Below are positions 1-8,638 of a stretch of 64,000 nucleotides of DNA, one piece after another. The stretch is from a virus, in the IMG/VR virus record IMGVR_UViG_2899584989_000006, positions 359 through 64,358 of that record; one strand, given 5' to 3'. Position numbers and translations under genes: made by a program. Numbering within the stretch: position 1 is the stretch's first letter; the number at the start of each line of letters is the position of its first letter. Below the pieces are notes generated by a model. It did no database searches. It was not told where the DNA came from and saw only the letters and a program-made list of their open reading frames with translations.

Positions 1-71
1 CGATCGGTATCAACAAGATTGGGAAACCAGCACTTTATATTGGTAAAGAAAATCATTCAAAATAAATAATC

Positions 72-908
72 ATGGAATCAAGCAGTTACGAGGTACTTCC
101 AGTAGAAAGCCATGAAGTACAAATTTTACAGGCAGATGCGGTTGAGAGAGCAAACGTGGACTCACAAGTTGCGACCGCAAAAAGATATCCTAGGGATATC
201 AGAAGGAGTATTGATAATTCCGTGGTAATGGCCACGATGAATCAAGACACGGCAAGGTCATGCAGTTACGCCTTGCCAAGAGGAGGGAAACCTATTACTG
301 GCCCATCCGTACACCTCGCCAAGATAATCGTATCTAATTGGGGTAATATCAGGACGGAGGCCAAAGTTATCCAAATAACGGACAAGCAGATCATCAGCAG
401 GGGTACATGCTGGGATCTGGAGACAAACGTAGCGTCCGCGTTCGAGGTTCGTAGGAGCATAGTGGATAGCAAGGGGAAACGTTACTCAGACGACATGATT
501 ACCGTCACCGGTAACGCCGCCAACTCCATAGCTTATCGCAATTCGGTATTCGCCGTTATCCCCAAGGCCATAGTGGACAGGGTCTACCAAGCCGCCCAGA
601 AATTCATCACGGGGGATCTGTCCGACGCTGACAAGATATTAAAAACGAGAACTAATATCATCAACAAGTTCAAGAACGAGTACGCCATAACGGAAGAGGA
701 GGTCATTAAACTATGCGGCAAACAGACCAGCAATCAGATAGGCCCCGACGAGATCGCCATGCTGATCGGGATCATACAAGCGTTAAAGGACGGGGATACC
801 ACGGTAAACGATCTAATCCTTCCAATTCGCGAGACAAAGAAAGATGTCGATCAAAAAAAGGAGACGATGAGACAGTCTAAAGGCAAAAACAAAGAGGACA
901 TGCCATGA
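72..908 (+). CDS. Phage protein, probable recombination/ssDNA-annealing partner of the downstream nuclease
   Basis: 278-aa ORF with A-rich start; ATGA overlap with the nuclease gene; position typical of exo/SSAP pairs; family not recognised. Confidence 0.55.
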   Translation: MESSSYEVLPVESHEVQILQADAVERANVDSQVATAKRYPRDIRRSIDNSVVMATMNQDTARSCSYALPRGGKPITGPSVHLAKIIVSNWGNIRTEAKVIQITDKQIISRGTCWDLETNVASAFEVRRSIVDSKGKRYSDDMITVTGNAANSIAYRNSVFAVIPKAIVDRVYQAAQKFITGDLSDADKILKTRTNIINKFKNEYAITEEEVIKLCGKQTSNQIGPDEIAMLIGIIQALKDGDTTVNDLILPIRETKKDVDQKKETMRQSKGKNKEDMP

Positions 909-2998
909 ACAAGTACTCATCCTATACCAACGCCGAGCTGGAGGAGCATTTATCAAACTACCTTATTGACTCTTGGAGTTACAGCAAGGTAGCCTCTTTC
1001 TCCCGGAACGAGAAGGAGTTCGAGAAACGGGAGATTTACCGGGAAAGATCCAGATCATCCTCCAGCACGGTAGCGGGTAACGCCTATCATTCGGCCTTGG
1101 AGTATTTCTTCATGGAGCTACAGCGCAAGGGGCAGATAATACCGATCACGGAAATGGAGAGGGTAGCGTTCTCATACATAGAGGAGGTACACCCGAATGA
1201 TTGGAAGATACAGAAAACGACACCTACCGTAGAGGAATGCAAGATCGAGGCCACCAAGAGCGCCACGAGGCTTATCAATAACTTCTACGGGGAGAAGGAT
1301 ATCTATCTTTCCGGTATCAAGGAGATAATCGCCGTGGAATCAAGGTGCGAGGAATGGGTAACGATAAACGGGGTGGACATCCCCCTGCCCTGCCACGCTA
1401 GGCTAGACTTGGCGATAAGGACGGAAAGCGGTCGTACGGTCATCATAGACCATAAGTCAAGGGCCAAGTTCACCGATGACGAGGAGCTAACGTTTACCTG
1501 CGGGAAACAGGCAATGACCTACGTCAAGTGCTATGAGTCCCGCTTCGGGGAGAATGTTGACGAGGTATGGTTCGTGGAGAACAAGATCTCGAAAAACAAG
1601 GACGGCTCCTCCCAGTTGAAGAAATTCGTGATCAATCTCGATAACGACACGAGGAAGCTTTACGAGGCCATATTGTACGAGCCGCTAAAAAGGATGATAG
1701 AGGCCGTGTCCGATCCGGATTACGTGTACATGATCAACGATAGCGACAACTTCGTGGACAGGGCCGAGCTTTATAATTTCTGGGCCAAGACGCTGATAGC
1801 GGAGGTCGATGATTTCAACGTGCCCGAGTCAAAGAAGGAATTGATATCGAAGAGACAGAAAAAAATACGGGACGCTTCCCTTGGATCGGTAAACCCCAAG
1901 GTAATATCCGAGTTCAAGAGGAACGCTTCCTCATTCATTCAATATGATTTATCCAATAGTAATATGACAAACAGCGAGAAAATAGAGCATATCCTACGGA
2001 CATTCGGGGTGATCGTGAACGTGTCCAAGGAGATTAACGGGTACTCGTCAGACACGTATCTGCTAGAGGTATCCGCTGGGACAAAGATCACGACAGTGAT
2101 GAAATACAAGCTAGACATAGCGAACGCTCTGGACGTGCCATCCATAAGGATGGGTAACGAGCTTATGGTGTATGAGGGAAAATCCTACCTCTCCATAGAA
2201 TCACCGAAGAAAAGAACCAAGTCCTTGTACTGGGACAAGAAGTATATCGACGGCATGAGGATTCCCATAGGAACGGATAACTTCGGAAGGCTCGTGGTGT
2301 GGGATCTCGATAACAACTCCACGCCTCACGCCTTGATTTGCGGAGCTACCGGTAGCGGTAAATCCGTGTGTATCATATCCACGATAGAATATGCCCGCTT
2401 AGCCGGTATCCGGGACATCGTAATTTTCGATCCGAAATACGAGTTCTGTAATTATTCCTCCGAGAAATACATAAAGGTCTATAATGATATAGAAGAAATA
2501 GAGGCCAAGATGAAAGAGCTCGTACAGGATATGCAGGAAAGGGCTAAATCGAGGGCATCATGGAAAACGCTGGTGGTGTTCGATGAGTTCGCCGACGCAG
2601 TAGCGTCCTCCCGTTCGGGAACGGAACTTGACATAAAGGAAATGGTCGAGGTTGGCCAGCGAAAGAACGCTTTCGGTTTCCTCGAGCCTAAAATGGAACT
2701 ACGTACGGTTGGCCGTGAGAAGTCATTGGAGGAGAATCTGAAGATGTTGCTACAAAAGGGACGATCGCTTGGGTTCCGGATCATGGCGGCTACGCAAAGA
2801 GCGTCGGTTAACGTGATCACGGGAGACGCTAAGGTGAATTTCCCCGTACAGATTTGCTTCCGTGTACCCAAGGAGATTGATTCCAAGGTTGTCCTTGACG
2901 AGCCGGGAGCCGAGACGTTGGGCGGCATGGGGGACGGACTAATGAAATCTCCCGAGTATCTAGGTATCGTGAGGTTCCAAGGTTTTTATAAAAAATAA
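905..2998 (+). CDS. PD-(D/E)XK (RecB/Cas4-like) nuclease fused to an FtsK/SpoIIIE-type ATPase
   Basis: N-terminal SYS, GNAYHSALE, RLDL..IIDHKS and QAMTY motifs; C-terminal Walker A GATGSGKS, Walker B VVFDEFAD, GRSLG, ATQR and GAETLGGMGDGL. Confidence 0.85.
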   Translation: MNKYSSYTNAELEEHLSNYLIDSWSYSKVASFSRNEKEFEKREIYRERSRSSSSTVAGNAYHSALEYFFMELQRKGQIIPITEMERVAFSYIEEVHPNDWKIQKTTPTVEECKIEATKSATRLINNFYGEKDIYLSGIKEIIAVESRCEEWVTINGVDIPLPCHARLDLAIRTESGRTVIIDHKSRAKFTDDEELTFTCGKQAMTYVKCYESRFGENVDEVWFVENKISKNKDGSSQLKKFVINLDNDTRKLYEAILYEPLKRMIEAVSDPDYVYMINDSDNFVDRAELYNFWAKTLIAEVDDFNVPESKKELISKRQKKIRDASLGSVNPKVISEFKRNASSFIQYDLSNSNMTNSEKIEHILRTFGVIVNVSKEINGYSSDTYLLEVSAGTKITTVMKYKLDIANALDVPSIRMGNELMVYEGKSYLSIESPKKRTKSLYWDKKYIDGMRIPIGTDNFGRLVVWDLDNNSTPHALICGATGSGKSVCIISTIEYARLAGIRDIVIFDPKYEFCNYSSEKYIKVYNDIEEIEAKMKELVQDMQERAKSRASWKTLVVFDEFADAVASSRSGTELDIKEMVEVGQRKNAFGFLEPKMELRTVGREKSLEENLKMLLQKGRSLGFRIMAATQRASVNVITGDAKVNFPVQICFRVPKEIDSKVVLDEPGAETLGGMGDGLMKSPEYLGIVRFQGFYKK

Positions 2999-3003
2999 CG
3001 GCC

Positions 3004-3192
3004 ATGGTTAAAAGGTACCAGCTATCCGAGTCTTTCATTAAAACACTGTCCCGCCATCTATCAGTTATCCTAGAACACGTGGATTCCAAGGGAAGACCAA
3101 GGATAGCTGATACCGTAAGATTAGCCAAAAAGGATCTAAAGAAACTCGAGAAAATAATCCAAGATGAAAGAACTGATATTATGCCTCAATGA
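3004..3192 (+). CDS. Hypothetical phage protein
   Basis: 62-aa ORF in the operon. Confidence 0.6.
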   Translation: MVKRYQLSESFIKTLSRHLSVILEHVDSKGRPRIADTVRLAKKDLKKLEKIIQDERTDIMPQ

Positions 3193-3364
3193 GGCATGTT
3201 CTAAAAGACATTGCCTTTGCCATCAACGGCAGAGGCATTGGACAGACCCGTCTAAAAAAGAAGGGGAAACTGTGAGGCCGGAATCGGCCTTACTTGACGG
3301 GAATACTCCTTGCAAAGGGTATGTCCCACAATACGAGAGAAGAAAATACAACATTAAATATTAA
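3164..3364 (+). CDS. Small Cys-rich hypothetical protein
   Basis: 66-aa ORF, C-x4-C-x4-C...C pattern. Confidence 0.6.
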   Translation: MKELILCLNEACSKRHCLCHQRQRHWTDPSKKEGETVRPESALLDGNTPCKGYVPQYERRKYNIKY

Positions 3365-3368
3365 TGAT

Positions 3369-3950
3369 ATGGGAAAGAGAAAAGAAGGTTCTTACAACTT
3401 TGACAAGAACGTACAAATGTTTTTGGCTTGCGCAAAAGACGATAACCGACCCGCTATGGAATGCGTATATTTCAAGGGAGATTGGGCCTACGCCAGTGAC
3501 GGATATATTATCGTTAAAAACAGGATATCCGAATGCTCAAACCTTGACGAAGCCATGATACAGGCGTTAGACGGCAAATTACTGCATAGTCTATTTTTTA
3601 AGGACATGTTGAAATATGATGACATCCTTATCTCTGGTGACGGGATAGAGTGTCATAAGAAAAATGATAAGGCATTCTTCTATTTCGCGGATGAGAACTT
3701 AAAATATCCAGACGCAGAGAAAGTGATACAAAATTATCTGGCAAAACCCAGTGTTCCGCTTCCTCAAATATCCTTTAACATGGGCTTGTTCGACATAATG
3801 AGGAAAGCTTTATATGAATGCGATCGATGCACGGCTACTTTCAAGGGCGTTAACGATGCCATCATTTTTGACAGCATGGTAGAAAACGTAAGCAGTATCG
3901 GATTAATCATGCCTTTATACAATGAGTCATTAAATCAAGAAGCTAATTAA
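3369..3950 (+). CDS. Protein resembling part of the DNA polymerase III beta clamp
   Basis: ACAKDDNRPAMECVYF...AYASDG resembles the clamp central-domain motif; ends in LIMP; start re-assigned to MGKRK at 3369. Confidence 0.5.
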   Translation: MGKRKEGSYNFDKNVQMFLACAKDDNRPAMECVYFKGDWAYASDGYIIVKNRISECSNLDEAMIQALDGKLLHSLFFKDMLKYDDILISGDGIECHKKNDKAFFYFADENLKYPDAEKVIQNYLAKPSVPLPQISFNMGLFDIMRKALYECDRCTATFKGVNDAIIFDSMVENVSSIGLIMPLYNESLNQEAN

Positions 3951-4027
3951 TATTAGAGTGTGTTTTCCATAGTATTTGATTTAGGTTAGTTAATGATTAT
4001 CCCCGCCGTCCGTGAGGATATGCGGGG
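3951..4027 (+). ncRNA. Candidate sRNA unit: anti-start-codon segment plus GTGA-capped hairpin
   Basis: TTTTCCATAGTATTTGATTTAGGTT followed by CCCCGC-CG-TCC-GTGA-GGA-TAT-GCGGGG (4001-4027); same hairpin type as at 40232-40658. Confidence 0.55.
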
Positions 4028-4034
4028 CAAACAC

Positions 4035-4225
4035 GGTGGTATGGCGAAATTGGTAGACGCAAGTTTGATAGCAAACCGTTATAAGAACTAGATCAATACC
4101 AGCTAAGTAGTGTCGTATGCCGTAAGGTACTGGGTTGTAATGAACGGATATTATTCCATTAATGGAATAGGATAGCTAGACTATCTAAAATGTAGCTCGT
4201 GCGGGTTCGAGTCCCGCTACCACCA
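4035..4225 (+). ncRNA. tRNA-Leu-like RNA with a ~115-nt structured insertion
   Basis: Acceptor stem GGTGGTA/TACCACC plus discriminator A, D arm GCG-AAATTGGTAGA-CGC, T arm GCGGG-TTCGAGT-CCCGC; 191 nt in total; no canonical anticodon loop; CCA not encoded. Confidence 0.75.
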
Positions 4226-4243
4226 CAAATAACAAATCTAATT

Positions 4244-4378
4244 ATGGAAACAATACAGAATTTAGATCATTTGGTAATGGCTATATACCTCATCACCGCG
4301 ATACTAGGACTTATAGCAGTGATCTTGGCAGGATTCTTATTAATAAACGAAAAAAGAAAACATCCATGGGAAAAGTAA
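4244..4378 (+). CDS. 44-aa single-pass membrane peptide
   Basis: METIQNLDHLVMAIYLITAILGLIAVILAGFLLINEKRKHPWEK, read directly (below the ORF-track cutoff); A-rich start. Confidence 0.65.
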   Translation: METIQNLDHLVMAIYLITAILGLIAVILAGFLLINEKRKHPWEK

Positions 4379-4782
4379 AGAACATAACCTCTTTAAAGAG
4401 CAGACTAGACCGTATATTCTCTGTATTTATAAGAATAAGGGATGCTGACGGCAACGGTTATTGCCGTTGCATAAGCTGTGGGAAGATCGTGCATTGGAAA
4501 GAGGCAGATTGCGGACATTTCGTCAACCGGTCACATATGGGTACCAGATACTGCGAGAGAAACTGCAACGCTCAATGCAGGTCTTGCAACCGTTTCGACG
4601 AGGGCAACAACATCGGTTATGCCAAGGGCTTGATAAATAAGTATGGCGTAAAAGTAATTAACGAGCTTGAGGTGAAAAAGCACTCTATCTCCAAACTCTC
4701 GGCATTCGATTACCAATTGATGATCGAAGATTACAAGAAACGAATAAAGGATTTGAGGGATCAGAAAGGCATAAAGGATTGA
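4366..4782 (+). CDS. ninG: NinG/Rap-family recombination endonuclease
   Basis: LDRIFSVFIRIRD, CISCG, DCGHF, NCNAQCRSCN motifs. Confidence 0.85.
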   Translation: MGKVKNITSLKSRLDRIFSVFIRIRDADGNGYCRCISCGKIVHWKEADCGHFVNRSHMGTRYCERNCNAQCRSCNRFDEGNNIGYAKGLINKYGVKVINELEVKKHSISKLSAFDYQLMIEDYKKRIKDLRDQKGIKD

Positions 4783-4783
4783 A

Positions 4784-4942
4784 ATGGCGAAGAAACCTAC
4801 CAAGCAACCCGAGCGTATCAGATGCGTCGATTGCGTGAACGGTAAGCCTCACAAGGGACTAGCTGTATGGTGCATAGTGCTAAATACCGGAAGAGTAGCT
4901 AATAGTCTTAGGTTTTGCGATGTATTCAAAAGGAAATTATGA
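4784..4942 (+). CDS. 52-aa Cys-rich protein
   Basis: MAKKPTKQPERIRCVDC...WC...FC, read directly. Confidence 0.55.
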   Translation: MAKKPTKQPERIRCVDCVNGKPHKGLAVWCIVLNTGRVANSLRFCDVFKRKL

Positions 4943-4981
4943 TTACATGATATAAAAAACATGCTTATGGAGAATTAGCGT

Positions 4982-5851
4982 ATGGATACAAGGAAAGAGC
5001 TGACAAGCTATTTTCCGCACGATAGCAATGCCAGAAACTCAGATAAGCTGATTCGTTTACGAATGAGGCATAAAGCCGCCGGATATGGTGTTTTCTTCAT
5101 GATATTAGAACGTCTTAGAGAGGAGCCAAACTATATGAGTGTCAAAGATTATAACATGATAGCCTTTGACCTTCGTGAGGACGCATCCTTAATAAAATCC
5201 GTCATTGAGGATTTCGGGTTATTTGTCTTTACCGAGGACGGTAAGTACTTCTACTCCGAGAGTTTCAAGCAAAGGATGGGATTCAAGGACGATAAATCAA
5301 GAAAACGATCAGAAGCCGGGAAGTTAGGCATGGCTAAAAGATGGGGAAATAACAATGTTATAACAAATCCGCAAAGCAACGATAACAATGTTATAACAAA
5401 AACGGATGAAATTGTAACAAGAAAAGGAAAGGAAAGGAAAGGAAATAAAAATAGAGAGAGTCTTAATACGCGTGAGACGCTTTTCGAGAATTTCAAGAAT
5501 GAGTTATTGGGGAACGAGGAATGGCGCAGATACGCTTGCCAGATATCGGGATTGAGCGTCGCTTTCAATGACCTCATTCCCGGCGAGCTGGATAACTTCC
5601 TAGCTTGGATGGTATCCACCGGGGAGGGCGATACGCTAAAAACGATAGATGACGTTAAGAGACGATTCACCTATTGGTGGCAAGGAACAGGACTAAGGGC
5701 TTATAATCAAAGACATAATGGAGGAACAAGAAAAGAAACTTTCGGAGGCTATACAAGCCATGCGGGGGCCTACGGAAAAAGAGAGGCTCCAGCAAAAACA
5801 GGTGTTCAACCTAGTGAAGAAGCACGCAAGGACTATACAGAACGTTTCTAG
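4982..5851 (+). CDS. Phage replication initiator (DUF4373/Lin1244-like N-terminus)
   Basis: YFPHDSNARNSDKLIRLRMRHKAAGYGVFFMILE motif; internal iteron-like repeats; precedes a loader ATPase. Confidence 0.8.
   Translation: MDTRKELTSYFPHDSNARNSDKLIRLRMRHKAAGYGVFFMILERLREEPNYMSVKDYNMIAFDLREDASLIKSVIEDFGLFVFTEDGKYFYSESFKQRMGFKDDKSRKRSEAGKLGMAKRWGNNNVITNPQSNDNNVITKTDEIVTRKGKERKGNKNRESLNTRETLFENFKNELLGNEEWRRYACQISGLSVAFNDLIPGELDNFLAWMVSTGEGDTLKTIDDVKRRFTYWWQGTGLRAYNQRHNGGTRKETFGGYTSHAGAYGKREAPAKTGVQPSEEARKDYTERF
5349..5460. repeat. Probable replication origin: two 19-bp iterons plus a purine tract
   Basis: ATAACAATGTTATAACAAA at 5349-5367 and 5382-5400 (palindromic core TGTTATAACA), then repeated GGAAA. 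Confidence 0.6.
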
Positions 5852-6506
5852 GTACGATCTCTCGGACGATACGGAGTACATCAGCCACGCCCGGATGATA
5901 AAGGCGCTCGGTTGTAATTACCTAGGGATCGAGAGGCGGCAATTCGAGACAGACAGGGGGAATGACAAGGTTTTGAGATTCCTGTTGTATTATTTCAACG
6001 ATTGCCCGTTGGCCGAGTCCGTATTCCCGGAGGAGAACTATAAGCTGCACAAGAACCTCCTTATCGTGGGAGATCCGGGAACGGGCAAAACGCTCATGAT
6101 GCAGATATTCGCCGATTACCTGAAATTGACGGATAACCCCAAACGCTTCGTGAACCTATCCGTGACCCAGATGATGAACTATTACAAGATCCATGGTCAC
6201 ATAGACAGGTTCACGTACAACGAGGAGGCCGGGAAAGGGAGCATGGAAGGGAACCCGTTCGATATCTGCCTTAACGATATCGGTCTTGAGACGGAGAACC
6301 AGAAAAGCTACGGCACCAGCCTTAACAGCGTAATAGACGAGTTCCTATACGCGAGGTACGAGATATACCAGTCCCATCAGAAGAAGTATCATATCACTTC
6401 CAACCTGTCCGTCACGGATTTCAAGAATCGGTTCGGAACTAGACTGGTGGACAGGTTCAAGAGTTTTAACGTGATAATCCTAAACGGAGAAAGCAGGAGA
6501 AGATAA
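5718..6506 (+). CDS. DnaC/IstB-like P-loop ATPase (helicase loader)
   Basis: Walker A GDPGTGKT, ICLNDIG, ITSNL, R-FGTRLVDRF, GESRR. Confidence 0.8.
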   Translation: MEEQEKKLSEAIQAMRGPTEKERLQQKQVFNLVKKHARTIQNVSRYDLSDDTEYISHARMIKALGCNYLGIERRQFETDRGNDKVLRFLLYYFNDCPLAESVFPEENYKLHKNLLIVGDPGTGKTLMMQIFADYLKLTDNPKRFVNLSVTQMMNYYKIHGHIDRFTYNEEAGKGSMEGNPFDICLNDIGLETENQKSYGTSLNSVIDEFLYARYEIYQSHQKKYHITSNLSVTDFKNRFGTRLVDRFKSFNVIILNGESRRR

Positions 6507-6507
6507 C

Positions 6508-6744
6508 ATGGAAATAACAGAGAGATTGAGAAACACCCCTACCGGGTTGATCGTGTTGGTAGGAGACATGAAAATTGTCGTGGAAAAGTACAGGCCTTAC
6601 TACAACGGGCAGAACAAGATCCCGTGCAGGGGATGCGTCTTTCGGGACGAGGGAGCGAGATTCTGCGAATACTCATCTGCTTGCATGGCCCATCTGAGGC
6701 CGGATCACGAGAGCGTAGTTTTTGCTAAAACGAGAGAGACATGA
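6508..6744 (+). CDS. Hypothetical Cys-containing phage protein
   Basis: 78-aa ORF in the operon. Confidence 0.65.
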   Translation: MEITERLRNTPTGLIVLVGDMKIVVEKYRPYYNGQNKIPCRGCVFRDEGARFCEYSSACMAHLRPDHESVVFAKTRET

Positions 6745-7793
6745 ATGTTTTATCCTTATTTGACGGAATGTCTTGTGGTAGGATCGCATTAAGAGAACTC
6801 GGGATTGAACCGGAGCATTATTATGCGAGCGAGATCGACAAGTTCGCCATATCCCAAACGAGGCTGAACTTCCCGGACACGATACATTTAGGGGACGTGA
6901 CTAAGTGGAGGGAATGGGAGATAGATTGGGGAACGATAGATCTCATACTGGCAGGAAGTCCTTGCCAAGGATTCTCTTTCGCCGGCAAACAACTGGCTTT
7001 CGATGATCCTAGAAGCAAGCTCTTCTTCGTATTCGTGGACATACTGAGCCACGTGAAGGCATTGAACCCGGATGTGTTCTTCTTGCTTGAGAACGTAAAC
7101 ATGAAGAAAGAGCACATGCGGGTAATTACTGAGTATTGCGGTGTTCATCCAGTCAACATAAACTCAAATTTGGTGTCGGCCCAGAACCGGAACCGGTGGT
7201 ATTGGACGAACATAAGGACAAAGAAGGTCGGACTGTTCGGGGAGATCCACTCCGACATACCGCAGCCAAAGGACGAGGGTATATTGTTAAGGGATATCTT
7301 GGAGGAAGAGGTTGACGAGAAATATTACTTGAGCGAGAAGGCCATCAGGTATATCTCAAACGATAAACGTATGGAGAAACGATTCACCCAGATCGACGGG
7401 GATAAAGCGGTCTCCTTGATGGCCGTTGGCACATGCAATAACACCGGAACCTTTATCTCGGTAAACGGGAAGGCACCATGCCAAAGAAGTTCGACCGGGA
7501 GATCCATAATGAGTGAGCGGCAAGAACGAAACCTGAAAGATCAAGGGGAGAAGGCGAACTCGTTATTGGCAACCTCATATAAGGGATCGCAAGCCAACGG
7601 GATGACCCTAGTAGAGACATCATCTATCCGGAGATTGACCCCGATCGAGTGCTCTAGGCTACAAACCGTTCCTGATTGGTACAAATGGGATTGCTCTGAT
7701 ACGCAGATATACCGTTTGTTAGGCAATGGATGGACTATCAAGGTTATACGACATATACTTAGTTTTCTAAAGAAAGACATTCATCATAGTTGA
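6741..7793 (+). CDS. DNA (cytosine-5) methyltransferase, orphan
   Basis: VLSLFDG, GSPCQGFS (catalytic PC), LLENV, QNRNR, RRLTPIEC.RLQ, LGNGW. Confidence 0.92.
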   Translation: MNVLSLFDGMSCGRIALRELGIEPEHYYASEIDKFAISQTRLNFPDTIHLGDVTKWREWEIDWGTIDLILAGSPCQGFSFAGKQLAFDDPRSKLFFVFVDILSHVKALNPDVFFLLENVNMKKEHMRVITEYCGVHPVNINSNLVSAQNRNRWYWTNIRTKKVGLFGEIHSDIPQPKDEGILLRDILEEEVDEKYYLSEKAIRYISNDKRMEKRFTQIDGDKAVSLMAVGTCNNTGTFISVNGKAPCQRSSTGRSIMSERQERNLKDQGEKANSLLATSYKGSQANGMTLVETSSIRRLTPIECSRLQTVPDWYKWDCSDTQIYRLLGNGWTIKVIRHILSFLKKDIHHS

Positions 7794-7837
7794 AAGATGC
7801 ATTCATCTATGATGAGATAAATAAAAAAACAGAGAAA

Positions 7838-8179
7838 ATGACAAATGAGGAATTGAAGAAATATAAACGGCCATTACCAATGGCATTTACGATGCTTCCG
7901 ATCGATTTCATATATGAGCATATCGAGGATGAGCACGGAGTTTACGAGACGGGTATGTTCACCTACAAAGGAAAGGACATCCTCATAAATAAGGAAATGG
8001 GTGAATGGCATCTGTCCGTATCCGCCAATCACACGCTCGGATATTACGAGCTGAAAGAGATACGATACAAGTTCATGCCGGACAACATGCAGGTGGCGCA
8101 GATATTCCCTCCACGTAATGAATTTGTCAACCTACATGAGAATTGTTTCCACCTGTACCAAATCAAATTCGATAAATAA
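7838..8179 (+). CDS. Conserved phage hypothetical protein
   Basis: WHLSVS...QIFPPRNEFVNLHENCFHL motif; start re-assigned to MTNEE. Confidence 0.7.
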   Translation: MTNEELKKYKRPLPMAFTMLPIDFIYEHIEDEHGVYETGMFTYKGKDILINKEMGEWHLSVSANHTLGYYELKEIRYKFMPDNMQVAQIFPPRNEFVNLHENCFHLYQIKFDK

Positions 8180-8182
8180 GTC

Positions 8183-8332
8183 ATGAGAAATAAAGAACTA
8201 ATAGCTCTTCTCCAAGAGCAAGACCCGGAAGCGGAGGTAATGATCCGCACGTCCGATGGAGAGTATGAGTACGATCCGGTGGATGTCACATGGGACGAAG
8301 AGATAGAATGTGTAATTATTCAGGAGGGGTAA
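8183..8332 (+). CDS. 49-aa acidic phage protein
   Basis: MRNKELIALLQEQDPEAEV..., read directly; fills the operon gap. Confidence 0.65.
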   Translation: MRNKELIALLQEQDPEAEVMIRTSDGEYEYDPVDVTWDEEIECVIIQEG

Positions 8333-8334
8333 AT

Positions 8335-8637
8335 ATGGAAGAGAAAATAAAACAATGTCCCGAGTTCCCCTTTTTCGGCGCATCTTATCCAGACGCAATA
8401 TGCTGTGACGGCTATCTATGGGATCTTGACTCATATGATAGCGAGGTTGGGGGATTGACCATAGGCGGGGATGTCCCCTGCCCTTTCTGCAAGACCGAGG
8501 AGTTTATAGAGTACGACCCTTTTGGTTTATTATACGTAGGGAATGACAAGGAGAAAACACGTGAATGGTATTTTTCTTACATCGAAAAATTGAGGGAAGA
8601 TATAGATAATAAGAAATATTTTAACAACGAATTATAA
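8335..8637 (+). CDS. Hypothetical protein with CPFC motif
   Basis: Start re-assigned to MEEKIK; lies in the operon. Confidence 0.65.
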   Translation: MEEKIKQCPEFPFFGASYPDAICCDGYLWDLDSYDSEVGGLTIGGDVPCPFCKTEEFIEYDPFGLLYVGNDKEKTREWYFSYIEKLREDIDNKKYFNNEL

Positions 8638-8638
8638 T

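Noticed and set aside
4035..4225. Canonical tRNA, tmRNA or group I intron-containing tRNA
   Set aside because: No 7-nt anticodon loop; too short for tmRNA and lacks the G3-U70 Ala identity; the insert is too short for a group I intron and is not in an anticodon loop
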